NCBI GenBank assembly: GCA_964016885.1
Contig: OZ024740.1
Coordinates: forward strand, 133,610,001-133,674,000
Length of the DNA stretch: 64,000 bases
Direction of reading: 5' to 3'
Source of the DNA: Eledone cirrhosa
Taxonomy: Eukaryota
Shown: positions 41,181 through 55,744 of the stretch, in pieces
Layout of the letters: each line of letters opens with the position of its first letter
Position numbering within the stretch: position 1 is the stretch's first letter
Translations under genes and position numbers: made by a program
Notes under the pieces: generated by a model
Databases searched by the model: none
What the model saw: the letters and a program-made list of their open reading frames with translations, nothing else
What the model was told of the DNA's origin: nothing

Positions 41181-43690
41181 GTGTGTGTGTGTTTGTGTGT
41201 GTGTGTGTGCGTGTGCGTGTGTGCGTGTGTGTTAGATATCGACAGGTGTGAAAAAGGGCAAAACGTGCTGAATCAGGAATGAGAACTGATATATTATAGT
41301 ATTTATTTATGTTTATACTCGGAACAAAAGCGCTACCTAATAAGGCCTAATAGTGACCATATCTCCAGATTGTGAGAGGAATCAAATGTGTGACCTAATC
41401 CTCAGGCACTTCGACGAGTTTGAATCTGCCGTTATAAGTATAGCAGGTTAAAAGGATTGTTTACGAAAACATATTATAACAAAGGGAAATAACTTAAAGA
41501 TTTAAATTTGAAATACCAAATCACGTGTTCTCTTGTTAGTATTCGTGTACTATAACAGTATTATGTGATGGTATATCATATAGAGCTGTTAATGTTTATT
41601 AAGGTATGGAGCTGAATAGTATAGAATGTCTACCGTATTATGTAAATGTGGACAAAAGATGTTAAGAAAGTATATATATCTAAATATGGTGGTTGAAAAG
41701 TAGTTGAATTTGTTGAGTAGGGCTTTGGTATTAGATATGAGGGCATTCTTTAAAAAGTCCTTTCTTTGAGTTCAAATAATTATTGTTCGGAGACGATAAA
41801 GCTTATAATATTCTCAATTTCTCTCTCAGGCAGAGACGACATCTCTTGGTACCATTCAAGTAATCTTATATGAGACTCCTGTCTCCTTTAATTCCTAGAA
41901 GTTTTTTTTTTTTTCCGCCAGGGCCAAATATGAGAACCATCATGGCAATTTTTGACCGAACACTAGCGTGTAATATTCTATGAATTTACCCATAGTTGTT
42001 TTATTGACTATCGATATTATTGTTATTGTTAAATAATAATTTTTATTGTTATTGTTTAAATCATAGTGTATATCCATACGCAATTATGAGATGTATGCTA
42101 TGGGTACAACATGATTGCTTTTTAAACTTTTAAGAAATGTTCCCACTTTCATTTGTATTCTATTCTATTTATGATATTGTACCTAATTCATTTCATTGTT
42201 TTTTTTTCTTGTCATAATTCCGGTTTAATCGCTTGGCTACGCAATTTCCTTTGATGTCGTTTTATTCGTTTTACCGTTGTTCTCCGATTCGCTTTGACTT
42301 TACAATTTTCTTTTAAACGCTTAAAAACAACTATTTCTTAAACACAACAGTTACAACAACAATACCAATATCAACAACAGCAGCATCAACAACAATAACA
42401 ACAGGTACTACAAATATCATCTTCATATTAATGGCGGATATTCTGCTCACTGCATTCCCATAACAAAATTTAACTAAAGGAAAGTAAAAGATCTTTGCTA
42501 TTGTTATATAGGGAGCATCCTTTTTATGATATAGCTTTGTAAAACATTTTAGTGAAGGTGAGAGAGTACCAAGTTATCAAGATACAGAAAATATAATTAA
42601 TGTCTTTACTGAATTTAGCTAAATCGATTATATTAGCTTTTACTATCCGTGATTTTGAATAAAGTCTTCTTAAACAACTTCTTTGAATAATGAATATTTG
42701 ATTTCATGACTATGTTTAATTTCCTTACACCAATTATAAATTTATTGGGTTATCCAAGTTAATTTATTCGGCAGTATCTACAAACAATTTCTTGACCTCA
42801 CTATTTGTTTTCTAATTAGTTTTAAGTTCGCGATAGAGAAAATTTAAATTTGCGAATTTGTGAGTCTAGGTTTCAAATTCACTAAACCAACACACAAACC
42901 AAATACTAAATCGTTTGTCTGTTGTTAATTGAGGACATAATCTGTGTTTCTCCAATTATTGACACCATTAATTAAAAATTGAATTAAATTTTTAGGCGAT
43001 GTGGATTCAAAGCTGTAAAACAGCAAACAAATGTACATATTAGCAATAATACATCACTATTTAATATACTAAATCATATAATAGAATAATTATATAATGT
43101 ATATGCAAAAGGCGCTGCCTATTAGAGGGAATCAGGAAAAGAAAGTTATGATGTGCGTGAGTACTCTCGGCCTTCAGCATTTTTTAAATAAATGAAGTGA
43201 TTTTAACTGAGGCGGCGAGTGCATGCCGGCGCAGTCAGTGATATCTTATCAGCAGTGACTATAGACAATTCTTATAAAAGCTTAAAGTTTTGAATGTCAA
43301 GAGATATAACTATGTAATTAAGAGGTTCTCTTGACCCTAGCATGATTCTTGCTACAATTCCACATCTCGGCTCCGTACACAAGTGTCTTTTACCATAACT
43401 TCAGCTTGGTCAGTAACTTGTAAGTGATAATTGTTAGACGGAAAGTGTCTGGACGCTCGCCAATTTACAGGCACCTCTTTGATTCTCTCATCATTATGAA
43501 TACACTGAACTTGTGGTAAGTCCGTTTTAAACGTGCAACCAATAACCCCCATGAAATGCAATATAAAATATAAAATAAATATTACTGGTACATTTTGAAT
43601 GTTCCTCTTATATTCAACCATAAATTAATTTATGGACGAATGAATCAGAAACGTAATATATATGGTTAAAATCTATAGCTGATATAAAAT

Positions 43691-43916
<226 letters not shown>

Positions 43917-45234
43917 CAGAAAGAGAGGGGGAGGGGATTAATATAGAAACTATGTAACACAATGGGTGCGTCGTTTTTATACCAGTAATTGAAGCTTGTT
44001 TTTCGTGGGAGCGATGCTGTATGGCTTTGAAGGATGTAATTGAATTTAATTCATGATTTGTGCAGTATGTGTATGGTGACTGAGATTCATTTTATGTTTA
44101 TGATTTGCATCTCCTTGATCTCGTGGTAGATAGAATGTTTAGATTAGATTATATTTGCGTAAAGTTTAATGACGGTGGAGCGTTTGTGTATGCGTGTGTA
44201 TATGTTACTGTGTCAGTGTTTAGATGCCGTGACGCAGCGATTCAATGGAAAGAGATCGATGAAATATTTACTACGCTGAAGCATAAGTACTGGGGTAGAG
44301 GTGATGAACTAAATCTATTTTAGGCGGTGCCGCAGTATAGTTGCTGTCTAATGACTGAAAGCAGTTAAAGAACAAAAGACAAATATATATCATTAATTGA
44401 TTCAATATGGTGAATTGTTTGAATCCCTATAATTATATATTGTGCAACATGTATTGTGTGCACTTTGTTTCATTTATACGTATACATCGGCTTTAATTCC
44501 GTTAATCTTTATCTGAACATAGAAATCTATCACACGAAGTTGTACAAGTACAGCCTCATGAAAGTACCCTTCTCTTCTATCGAAACTGCGCTCATCAGCC
44601 GCAAAAAATGTTTATGATTTCAACATTATATATATCCAAAATATCAAGCAGAACCCAAATGTCGACATTTATTCACACAAAACAAATACAATCTAATATG
44701 CAAACAAAAAACAAAAATAAAATATGAAAGGCGCGCTACCGCATATAGCCCTAGGCATAAAACAACAAAATACCTCAGTTAAAAATGCAAAAAACCACAT
44801 AATCGGCTTCGACATGTGGAAAGCTTATATTACAGAGGAAACACAAGAATACTTTTCTCTCCAATTAAACAACTAGCTCCAGGGAATTGGGAATATTTAG
44901 CAACTTCATTATTGATAATATTAATGTCGAAGCTTTGTGTTCTACGAATCTAAAGTTGTAGAGCAAGATAACGGAAACAAACTATCCTATAAATTCACCT
45001 GATTCAATGCTCTAGACAGCTACCAACCAATTTCTTAATTTCTCCTTCTGAAACCGTTGGATATCTAACGAGAATACATTATAATTAGCGATCTAGATAT
45101 GCAGTTAACAATGAATGCCAGGAGGTAGCTTAAATAAAACGATGATTCCTAGAGTTTAGGTAGCCAACAGCATTAGATTTCTTTCATTCTGGACACCCAC
45201 AGAAAAAAGGACCAATAGTCACAGTTTCCACAGA

Positions 45235-45422
45235 GACGGATTGGCAGTATCGGTAGAAGATCGGACGCCATGCTTTGACGCATAGAGTTACGCACCTTGC
45301 CATTCTGAGTTCAAATCCGCCGAGGTTAACTTTGCCTTTCATACTTACGGAGTCGATAAAATAAAGTACCAGTAATGCGCTGGGATAATTGCTGGCTTTG
45401 TGCCAAAAAGTAGAAACAATTA
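45235..45422 (+). mobile_element. SINE, same family as 9065
   Basis: Collinear head, B box, central core and agtagaaacaatta end. Confidence 0.9.
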
Positions 45423-46363
45423 TATGAACGGACACTCCATTAATCAATAGAAGACATATATGTTAATAGTAACAAAATCAGAACACTGTACACCCACATA
45501 TATATTATGCCTATATATGGATGTTTGAAGGAGAGAAAATATTTGGTATACAAATGTGTCAGTCTGTGGATGGGGTCATTTTCATACATATGCTTGTGTA
45601 CTTTTGAATATGAATTTGTAAACAACGAATGCACTGTTTAGACAAATGTTGTGGCAACAAATGGAACCAATTATACCCATCTACACAATATTCTAGCTTC
45701 ATGACAAACAAATGTATTTTGTAGCAATGGACCTCTTTCTATGATCGATATCAAAACTTCTTTCTTTTTGGTTTTCCTTTATAAATATTATGTATATGTT
45801 TTGGAATAGGATATCAAATTTATTGAGACATGAGATATAGATTCTTGAAAAGACAGGAAGAATTGAATTTTAATTGAAAGAATTTCGTTGCTTGTGTGGT
45901 CGTGAGATTTTTTTTATAGCCAAATATATTTTTCCTATATACTAAATGAGACTTCAAAGTCACATTCTTCTCGAGATATACATATGTGTGTGTGGATGGT
46001 TAGAAAAAAAGAGGGGAGCAGTTATTTATATTATAAAAATAAACATACAAGGAGAGAAAGACAGTGAGAGTGCGTGCGTTTTATGTGTAGAAATGTACAT
46101 GTACCCGTGTAGTTGCTTTCAAATATATATAGAAACATCATTAGAAACCAACATCAATGTAAATTTGTAGTGTTTGTTAGTAACTCTACACCAATTATAT
46201 GTGTATGTGTGTGTGTGCATGCATATGTTTGTGTGTATGTGTTTGTTTTTACGTGCGTCTGTGTGTGTATGAATGTACACAAACACATGTACACGTACAT
46301 ACACGCATATTATTTCAAACAATTAATTGTTTAATAATCTATTTTTAACATTATGTATCGACT

Positions 46364-46715
46364 CTTCTTCTTCTTCTTCTTCTTCTTCTTCTTCTTCTTC
46401 TTCGCCCACTTATTCCTGAGAGTATCGTGGGTAGACTCCTCAAACATTGCTTCCAATGTGTCCTGGCAGAAGCAACCGTCTCCAACTGATCCGGCTGGAT
46501 CCCAAAGTGTCACCGGCCAAGTTCATGGATGGTACCCAACTATCTTGCTCAGGATCTACACCTGGGTCTCCTACTGTTTGGTTTTGCCCGTAAAATCCGT
46601 CCAGCGATTCTACACCGATGCCCATAAGATTGCAGCAGTGATCTCACAATTCGGAGAAGTAGGGCTCTTCCTGGAGTGACTCTGATCTACGAGGTACGCA
46701 CTCTGTCGAGTAACG
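46364..46715 (-). mobile_element. Probable LINE 3' end with (GAA)n tail
   Basis: GC-richer decayed coding-like segment ending in a (TTC)n run on the plus strand (46364-46403). Clade not assignable. Confidence 0.45.
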
Positions 46716-46729
46716 TTACTCCAATATAA

Positions 46730-46804
<75 letters not shown>

Positions 46805-47489
46805 CGTGTGTGTGTGCGTGTGTGTGTGCGTGTGTGTATTTAATATAGAAATGGCATTTACAGGACTAAAACTAGGGCTTCCTGATTTCTCTCGAATATA
46901 TATATATATATATATACAAATTAGTAAAAACAATGAAATAAAAACAAAGAACAAGTTCCTTATATTAAAAAATTCATCATTTTACGATCGTTTCTAGGAT
47001 GTATATGTGTGTTGGTATATATATATATAATCGTTTCTGAATTTGTTTAGCAAGATTCTTTATCTGAAAACGTATGTTGAAACTGATATTGTTATACTTT
47101 TGGAGGTCATGTTGCCAATAAGAAACACACGTACCAGTTGCTTTCACTCCAATTTATTATAAATTACAATCGGAGAGATAAAATCAGAGTATATAAAGGA
47201 GCCAGAACCAAATGGGAAAAAATGGTAAATAGTGATAGAAATGGGACCTACCCCTTGTATAGGAGCAAATTTTGGAATGGAATAGAAAGAACTAGGAATA
47301 AGGTTAATAGAATAAACTCATGGTATGATAGCAATAAAACCAGAGTGTAATGTTCATCAATACAACCCTAGAGGTGAACGAGCTTACAAATTTAGAAGGG
47401 TCCCAGATAAACTTAAACTAAATATTAATAGTGGAAAGACCAGGTACCTCCATAAAAACACTTATTAATAATACCCTCTTCAAAGACCT

Positions 47490-47830
47490 CCCTGTATAGG
47501 TAAGAAATGCATAATCTGTAAACTAAGCCCCCATATTAACTGCAAAACTAGAAACATAGTATATAGCATAAGATGTACTGGGGGACAATGTAAAGATACG
47601 AATATAAGGTACATAGGAGAACGATTAAATGAACATTGGCGAGAGCTTCAAGATAAAAAAAAGACTCATCAGTACTCCACAAACATGCTATCATAGGACA
47701 TAAGGGCAAATTAGAGAACATAGAAATAAAAATAAAATCTACACACAGAAAAAACGGTATGTTTAGACAAATCACAGAGGCAATAAACATAAATGAACTC
47801 CAACCAAAATTAATAGAAAACATGAATGGA
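47490..47830 (+). pseudogene. Frameshifted Penelope-type GIY-YIG endonuclease
   Basis: PCIGKKCIICK...NCKTRNIVYSIRC / QCKDTNIRYIGE ... LHKHAIIGH...RQITEAININELQPKL gives VY..YIG motifs and the C-terminal E...P.L motif. Confidence 0.85.
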
Positions 47831-48036
47831 ATAGCAACATCACAACTTACAATTAAGGACAAAATTAAAACACACACACATAGAACAAAGAGCCAACTAG
47901 TAACATGTAAATAAACAAATAAATAAACAAATAAAAACACACACAGACACCCGGATGTAACACATGCGCAAACTAAGCACACAACACACACAAAAACAAG
48001 ATGGCATAGGACAGAACAAAGGAGAGGCACAAAACA

Positions 48037-48079
48037 GTCACTGATGAGGTCACAGAATGTGTGACGAAAGAACTTTGAC
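48037..48079 (+). ncRNA. Minimal type I hammerhead ribozyme in pLTR
   Basis: gtca-CTGATGA-g-gtcaca-gaatg-tgtgac-GAAA-gaac-TT-tgac: 4-bp stem I, 6-bp stem II, minimal stem III. Confidence 0.82.
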
Positions 48080-48233
48080 AATATATGAACAACCGTCCGG
48101 TTGTGGAACCAATAACCAACCGGAAATTTATAAATTTTATTTTAAATTTATAATTTAATTTAGAATAAATTGGAGTGAAACCACTGGTACGTGTGTTTCT
48201 TATTGGCAACATGACACTCCCAAAGTATAGCAC

Positions 48234-48597
<364 letters not shown>

Positions 48598-48599
48598 GA

Positions 48600-48662
<63 letters not shown>

Positions 48663-48747
48663 CGTGTGTGTGCGTGTGTGTTTGTGTGTCTCTGTGTGTG
48701 TGTGTGTGTCTAATGGTAGCTAAGATGCTTCCATAGGCGGTATTCCG

Positions 48748-48788
48748 GTTGAGCACCCTATGCTCCTACGGAGCATAGGGTGCTCAAC
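48748..48788. repeat. Perfect hairpin (19-bp arms, 3-nt loop)
   Basis: gttgagcaccctatgctcc-tac-ggagcatagggtgctcaac. Confidence 0.92.
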
Positions 48789-49146
48789 ACACACACACAC
48801 ACACGCACAGAGATATGGACAGATACATACAGAGTAGCTCGTGTGCTTACGTTCACACATGTACGCCCAGAAGCATACACACACATAAATAGTCACACAA
48901 ATATACGCATACATGCACACACAGAGGCACACACACACACGCGTGTATATACGCTCGCATATATACACACACACACATACACGCACCTGTATATATACAT
49001 ACACACAGACACGTACACATTGGTACATATATATATACACGCACAGATATATATACTTATATACACACCTACCCACACGCCCACACACGTATACACACAT
49101 AATCTACACACACATGTATATATATATATATATGTATACATATATA

Positions 49147-49214
49147 TAGGAGAATGTATAACCCCGACGGCAGAGCTCAAGCCGTTTCGACGGCTATTTC
49201 TAGACTAAATTAGA
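49147..49214 (-). mobile_element. Family C pLTR fragment with the 3' half of a hammerhead
   Basis: Homologous to 59611-59675. Minus strand ...tagccgtc-GAAA-cggc-TT-gagc..., ending on TA repeats. Confidence 0.6.
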
Positions 49215-49559
49215 ATTTTTTAGCGAAGTAATAAATAGCCGAACTTTTCAAGGGGTAATTCCTTAAATGGGAAGATTGTAGCTGTCAAAAAGATTGGTTA
49301 AAATTTCGTGTAAACACAATTAAACCTTTCATGGCAGGTGGTGGGAGGTGGTGGTGGCTGAACTTGCCTGTAGAACAATGAAGGAGTGGGTGGGGCCGCT
49401 CAAGCGTTGAAAGTGAATTCTATACAGCAAATTCTAGGGAGTGTTATAATTAGAAAGTAGGCGAGGAATCAGAGAGTGGGACATTATAAAATTAAAAGAT
49501 AGATAAATTGGGATTAAAATTAAAAAAATTAAATAGTGAGAAATAGTAAGGAATAATAG

Positions 49560-52500
49560 AAAAAAATAAAAAAACACCAACACCAAAATCACAACAACAA
49601 CAACAACACACAAAACAAGCAAACATACAAAAACAAACAACTGCTCAACCACAAATAACAGAAAAAACACAGACAATTTCCCTGAAAAACACAGTTCCAC
49701 CCCATCCCACTCCATCCAACACTACCACAATCACACACACAAACACACCATCACCACACAACATACCCCTCCCACACGCCCCTGATGACGATACATCGTT
49801 AGACGAGGCTACTTCTCCATCCCCAAGTGAAGATGAAGGAGAGCCTCGGAAATAAAAAAAAAACAAAAAAAGAGACACCGCAAAGCCACAAAAACACCAA
49901 TCACCAACACGAGCACACAACCACCAACACAAATAACAAAACAAACACCACCACAATCACCTCCACCCCACCAGTAAAACAAACACCAACACCACTCCAA
50001 ATACAAATGCCCACCATAAAAAGAAAACTACAAAATGAACAACAAACCAAAACAACACAACAAAAAATCAAACAACAATACACATACATTAACACAAACA
50101 ACAACAACCTAATGGAGGTCATCTCCCAAGGCCCCAAAGTAGAAACTGGGGGGAAAACTTTTGTCAAGGCAGACTCTCAACCACACCTAAAACTGATAAG
50201 GGTTTCGATAGAAACCTATCAGAAATTAAAAGAACAATTTTCACAGGACGTTGGCAACCCCTGTCAAAAGCCCATTAACCGTGTCCTATTAAAATGATTA
50301 CCCACCCCACTCAACACCCGCACCAGCACCCAAATGGAGATTGAACAACCCGATCTCCAGGAAACGAAAAGGTAAGTGGATCTTTTCGTCCTTTTTCGCC
50401 AACTCTTCTCCACCAACATAGCTAATTTACGAGTTGGAAGTGTGAATGTGCGTGGCCTAGGGATGCTCTGGAAACAGGGCCAACATTTAAACAACGTTAG
50501 GTCACACAGTATGGATGTGATAGCCATCACCGAGTCCAGGATCCACAACAGGCAGCAACTAACCCCAATCTTCAATGACTTTGAGATCTACTCTGTCAGC
50601 CAGGAGGTCGAGGGGGAAGTTGCTGTCATGTTTCAGAAAAGCCTGGACCTCGAAATGCAGCAAGTACACTTGGACCCGGATGGTAGACAGTTAGTCCTAG
50701 AGGTGAACAGTCTTGGAGGTGGAGCCTTTAGACTGGTGGCCGTTTATGCCCCGACAGGGCAATCGCGGCCAGACTTCTTTAAGCGTCTAGAGTCTTTTCT
50801 GAGAACGTGTCGCTCCTTGCTTTTAGTGGGGGACTGGAATGGTATCCTAGACGCATGATGGGACTATGTAGGATCAAGTCCCAGATGAGGGGAGGTGCAA
50901 CAGCCTCAAAAATTTAATCGGCCAATTCGAACTGGCCGATAGGTATCGACTAGATTTCCTGATTGCACCACAGTGGGACATCTAGATCGTATTTAGACAG
51001 GTTCTTTATTAGAGAGAGAGACAAGAAATGTTAAGTTGTCCACAAATGCACATGGTTGCCTATTCAGACCACAAACTAGTCATCTGCATAATCAACCGTG
51101 ATAGAATACATAGACAAGGACCCGGATACTGGAAGCTGAACGTGTCGCTACCGACACGTAAAGCCTACAGTGAACGGATAAGTAGATTAGTTAAGCAACA
51201 ATTGACGGGAGCCATCGTCAACAACAGCTGGTGGTACTCCCTCAAGAAAGCAATTAGAGTAGAGTCGATAGACTTTAGCAGAGAGTTAGTCAGTTAGCCT
51301 TAGAGAGAAACAAAACAGAAACGGAACTAGTAGCCAAGGTAGAGGAGGCGCTTAGGAGTGGCAACGTAGCTAGAGTGCTAGCAACGAGAACGGCACTGGA
51401 CCAGTTCTTCGATGCGAAACACGAAGGCTGCATGGTCAGAAGTAAATGATGTGCTTTAGGATTCGGTCTTTGAAAGACCTAAATGGACGCGTGCTACTTG
51501 ACTCCAAGCAGATGTGCAGGGCCTTTCAGCGGCACTTTGCGAAACTGTTCGAGCAGACCGACGGTGCGCCGAACGGGGCAATGGACTTATGTTCATACCT
51601 CGACGGCTTGCCGAGTCTCTCGAGCATGGACGCCGAGTTCTGCGAAATACTGATCACAGCCACTGAGATACGGGACGCTCTGGGCCGCTGCGGGAAATGC
51701 AAATCACCCGGTCTAGATGGTCTGCCCTATGAGTTTTACATAGGCATGACGGACTTGTTCTCTGGCGTCCTGGAAGCCGTCTACTGCAACTGGCAGCAGA
51801 ACGGGAGAATTCCCAGTTCTGCAGGCAGGGCTGTAGTAACGCTGATCAGGAAAGACGAGAAGGGGGACCAACTAAGCAACTTTAGGCCCATAACTCTGCT
51901 CAACACAGAGTTAAAGATTTTGACCAAGGTGTTGGAAACGAGGTTGGCCCTTGTCATCGAGAACTTGGTAGGGCAAACGTGTGCAATCCCGACCAGGTCC
52001 ATACACGACAACCTCCACCTCATGCGATACATCATAGAGAGGGTGGGGTGTAAACCCGGCTGGTGGGGCTCTATCAATTTAGATCAGTTTAAGGCGTTCC
52101 ATAGGGTCGACCATCTGTTCTTGGAAGCGGTTCTCAAGGCGGCCGATATCGGACCCGTTTTCAGAGGCTGCATCGCTGCAATGCACACCAATATCTGCTC
52201 GACGGTCAAGGTGAACGGCTGCCTATCTAAGCCGTTCGCAGTCACGCGTTCCATCCGACAGGGATGCCCTCTCTCCTCCATTCTGTACGTGCTGACTCTG
52301 GAACCACTACTGCGGAAGTTGTAGCTACTGCAGGGCATCCCGTTGGAACCGGGACTGCGGAAACTGGCGTCGGCTTATGCTGACGACGACACAGTAATGG
52401 TGTCGGAAACCTATGAAATCGGGGTGATCGTCAACTTAGTGCAGGAATATGAAAGGCTAACAGGAGCAAAACTGAACACCGACAAATCTGTCGGTTTACA

Positions 52501-53980
52501 ACTCAGAACGTGGAGAGGCAAACCGATGCCGTCCGACAGTGTCGTCGGACGCTGGACAGACGGACCGGTGAATTTGCTCGGGGTCTGGTTCGGTCCAGAC
52601 CTCCAAGTGGAGAAAAACTGGAACGAGGTCACGGCCAAATTATTTGCGTTCACCCAGAAGTGGGCAGAGTGCAAACTATCCTTGAAAGGTCGATCGGAGG
52701 TGGCGAACACTTTCATAGCGTCCGTCATCTACTACCGCTTGACCGTCGTGCCTTGTCCCTGTGAACACCTCACCAAGATGGAACGCATGCTCTTCTAGTT
52801 CCTTTGGAAGAAGCAGGCTCCACTGGAGATCCGTCTGCTGTCATCACCCTTCCAACAGAGGGCTGGGAATGCCGTGGCTGATGATGCGCAAATAAGCGCT
52901 GAGGCTACGACATCTCCAGGTATTCCTCACTGACCAGCCGGTGTTGGCACCGTTTGTGAGAAAGGCCTTACCGCAACTTGTCTCGCTGACGGAGCTGCAG
53001 TCCTGGGTCAAGCGGAGACAGAAGAAAATGGGTGCCTGGCACATTGAATGCGCTCAGGCGCTCACAGTCCCCTGTCAAGCGGGTACAGCAATCAGTGGAG
53101 ACTCCACTTCAACATTCTATAGAGTGTTAGTACGTCACAAAGGCGACGACGTGCACGGGGATACTCTAGGCGTCGGAGACGACGAACTCACCAGTCTGTT
53201 TGGTAGGACTTTCTACCCAGGACCTAGGGACAACTTCCAGAAGTCCCTGGCCTGACAGTGCTATCGAGGAGCTCTACCAGTTCGAGACAAGATCTACAGG
53301 CACGGACGCCCACGCAGGGATCCTTCCAAGAGGACGCCTCCAAGATGCGAGCAGGACATTGAAACCGTCTTGCACGCAATTGTAGACTGCCTGGGCGTAA
53401 CCAACCTGTGGAACTACGCAGAACAACTGCTATCGCGTATGGGACAAATCCAGTTGACTGCCGAGTCCATAGTAAGTATCAAACCACCAACTTCTTTCAA
53501 AATCCAAAGAGAGGCGGTTTTCCTCTGTATAGTGGCTATGGTGAAAGAGGTTAAATCGTGGACGAGAATGAGAGGACTGAAGACAGATGCCTTTCTCTCC
53601 GGAAAACAATTCGTTCTCTTCTTTAGGTACCACTTTAGAAGGAGACTCAGAGTGGAGAGAGAGGCAGTCAATTTACAAGAAAGGTGGGTGAATGTAGCAA
53701 AAATGGCCCGAGTGATTGGGCCTTCTCTGTATATAAACATGTAGGTTGAAGAAGAGAGCAAAGGGAAGAAGGGAGCACTTGCACAACACGCTCCTGAAGT
53801 TGAGGGTTGTTCTATCGATGGGTTATTAAACAACCGATTTGTGGCGCCTCACCCCTAGTGGGGATTTCGATTGTTAAATTTGTTTGTTTCAATATTTTTA
53901 CACGATTGTATGTAAAATCCCCGGCATGTGTCTTTGTTTTGTCCCCTTTTCTTGTGCACCCTTGTGGCAAATAAAGAAAT
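49560..53980 (+). mobile_element. Tx1/L1-clade LINE, degraded, with intact 3' end
   Basis: ORF2 remnant listed below. The 3' UTR ends with AATAAA at 53970-53975. The upstream A/C-rich segment is probably ORF1-derived; the 5' boundary is uncertain. Confidence 0.88.
50376..53744 (+). pseudogene. Disrupted Tx1/L1 ORF2 (APE, RT, C-terminal zinc motif)
   Basis: VGSVNVRGL, IAITES, VAVYAP, LVGDWN, SDHK, GPGYWKLN (APE); KSPGLDGLPYEFY, NFRPITLLNTELK, RQGCPLS, AYADD (RT); PRCEQDIETVLHAIVDC (zf-RVT-like). Multiple stops and frameshifts. Confidence 0.93.
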
Positions 53981-54040
53981 ATATATTTTTAGCTGGTATT
54001 GCGTTTTCAGTCAATGCTATTTATAAAAGAATTACAACCT

Positions 54041-54492
54041 AAATTAAATAGAAAATATGAGTGGAACAGCAACATCACAACTTACAATTAAGGACAAAAT
54101 GAAAACACACACGCACATAGAACAAACAACCAACCGGTAACATGTAAATAAACAAATAAATAAACGAATATAAACACACACAGACACCCGGATGTGGCGC
54201 ATGCGCAGACTGAGCACACAACACACACACAGAAACAAAATGGCGTAGGACAGAACAAAGGAGAGGCACAAAAACAAAGAAAAGAATCCCCAGTCACTGA
54301 AGAGGCCACAGAATGTGTGACGAAAGAACTTTGACAATATATAAGCAACTATCTGGTTGTGGAACCAACCAACCAACCAACCAGAAATTTATAAATTCCT
54401 AAATTTATCAATTTATTATAATAAATTGAAGTGAAAGAAACTGGTGCGTATGTTTCTTATTGGCAACATGACCCTCCCAAAGTATAACAATA
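54041..54492 (+). mobile_element. Solo family A pLTR, no inverted arm
   Basis: Collinear with 47808-48236; ends ccaaagtataacaata directly on (TA)n. Confidence 0.88.
54293..54335 (+). ncRNA. Minimal type I hammerhead ribozyme
   Basis: gtca-CTGAAGA-g-gccaca-gaatg-tgtgac-GAAA-gaac-TT-tgac, with one mismatch in stem II. Confidence 0.78.
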
Positions 54493-54496
54493 TATA

Positions 54497-54546
<50 letters not shown>

Positions 54547-55175
54547 CCTTTATATATTTATTTTTTCCCTCTACGCGTGTGCACACACACTCGCATATAT
54601 ATTCTTACACATGTATATATGTATATCTACACACATCTACACACACATGAAAAAGTATGTAAAAAAATACATATAAGAAAAGCATATAAAGATACACATT
54701 GGGCTGTACATGCAAAAATGCACCTTGATGTACGTGCTGACAGAGTTGATATTATGTTGCCAACGTGGATTAATCCACGTATAGACACCTCAAACAAAGC
54801 TACATATGGGAAGTTCATGGTATTAATGTAAAGGGTATGCCCAGACCGTATATAGAAAATGCATGCAGGATATATAAAAAAATACATATACCTGTATTAT
54901 ATAAGATAAGTATACAAAGATACACAGGTTTGTACATGGAAAAATACATGGGTTGTTAGATAATGGAGTGCGTGGAGAATATGCACATACTACTGGAAAG
55001 ATTGTAGTAGTATATGAAGACATTTGATGATCATTGACATATTTGTTTTACTTTAACTGGTTTCAACTGTTTACAGCCTACAAAAAGAATTTCGTTACAG
55101 TCTACTGTATCGAAAATTCTTTTTGTCAAACCCTATTCTTCCATATATATATGGAAGGATACACGCGTGTCTATG

Positions 55176-55221
<46 letters not shown>

Positions 55222-55419
55222 TAGATACGCGTGTATATATATAACTAGACAGGCGTATACATATAGATATATTGGCAGGGGGGGGGGGGGATGAAATTAT
55301 TTTGAATGCAAATAAAAGGCAACTCTCCAGGCGAAATATTTACGTACGCCTGCACCCACACTCGCTTGCTTATATATATATATTAATGTATATATATAAA
55401 TATATAATAATAAAAATTA

Positions 55420-55477
55420 TTTTGAGATAGAGCGCTCGTGATGTTTACTCAAATATCACGAGGGCTCTATCTCAAAA
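55420..55477. repeat. Near-perfect hairpin (~27-bp arms)
   Basis: ttttgagatagagcgctcgtgatgttt-actc-aaatatcacgagggctctatctcaaaa. Confidence 0.85.
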
Positions 55478-55663
55478 TTTTTTTTCAAAAGCATTAGAAA
55501 TGCGCAACCGGTAGAAACTTAAAACTAAAACTGAATACTAACCAATACTTATTACTAATTTATACTTATTCCTAATTAAAATATTTTTCACCGGGAAAAA
55601 TGTGTCAGCATTTTCTTTTCCTTTTACTAATATATCACAACTTGTGTTACACCTCTATATTTT

Positions 55664-55714
<51 letters not shown>

Positions 55715-55744
55715 CATTTATGTATTCTTTTCTTCTTTTCTTCT

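Noticed and set aside
41230-41770. Third Penelope remnant (LKNALISNTKALLNK; CTGAGGA motif)
   Set aside because: Similarity is too short and degenerate to support without a profile search.
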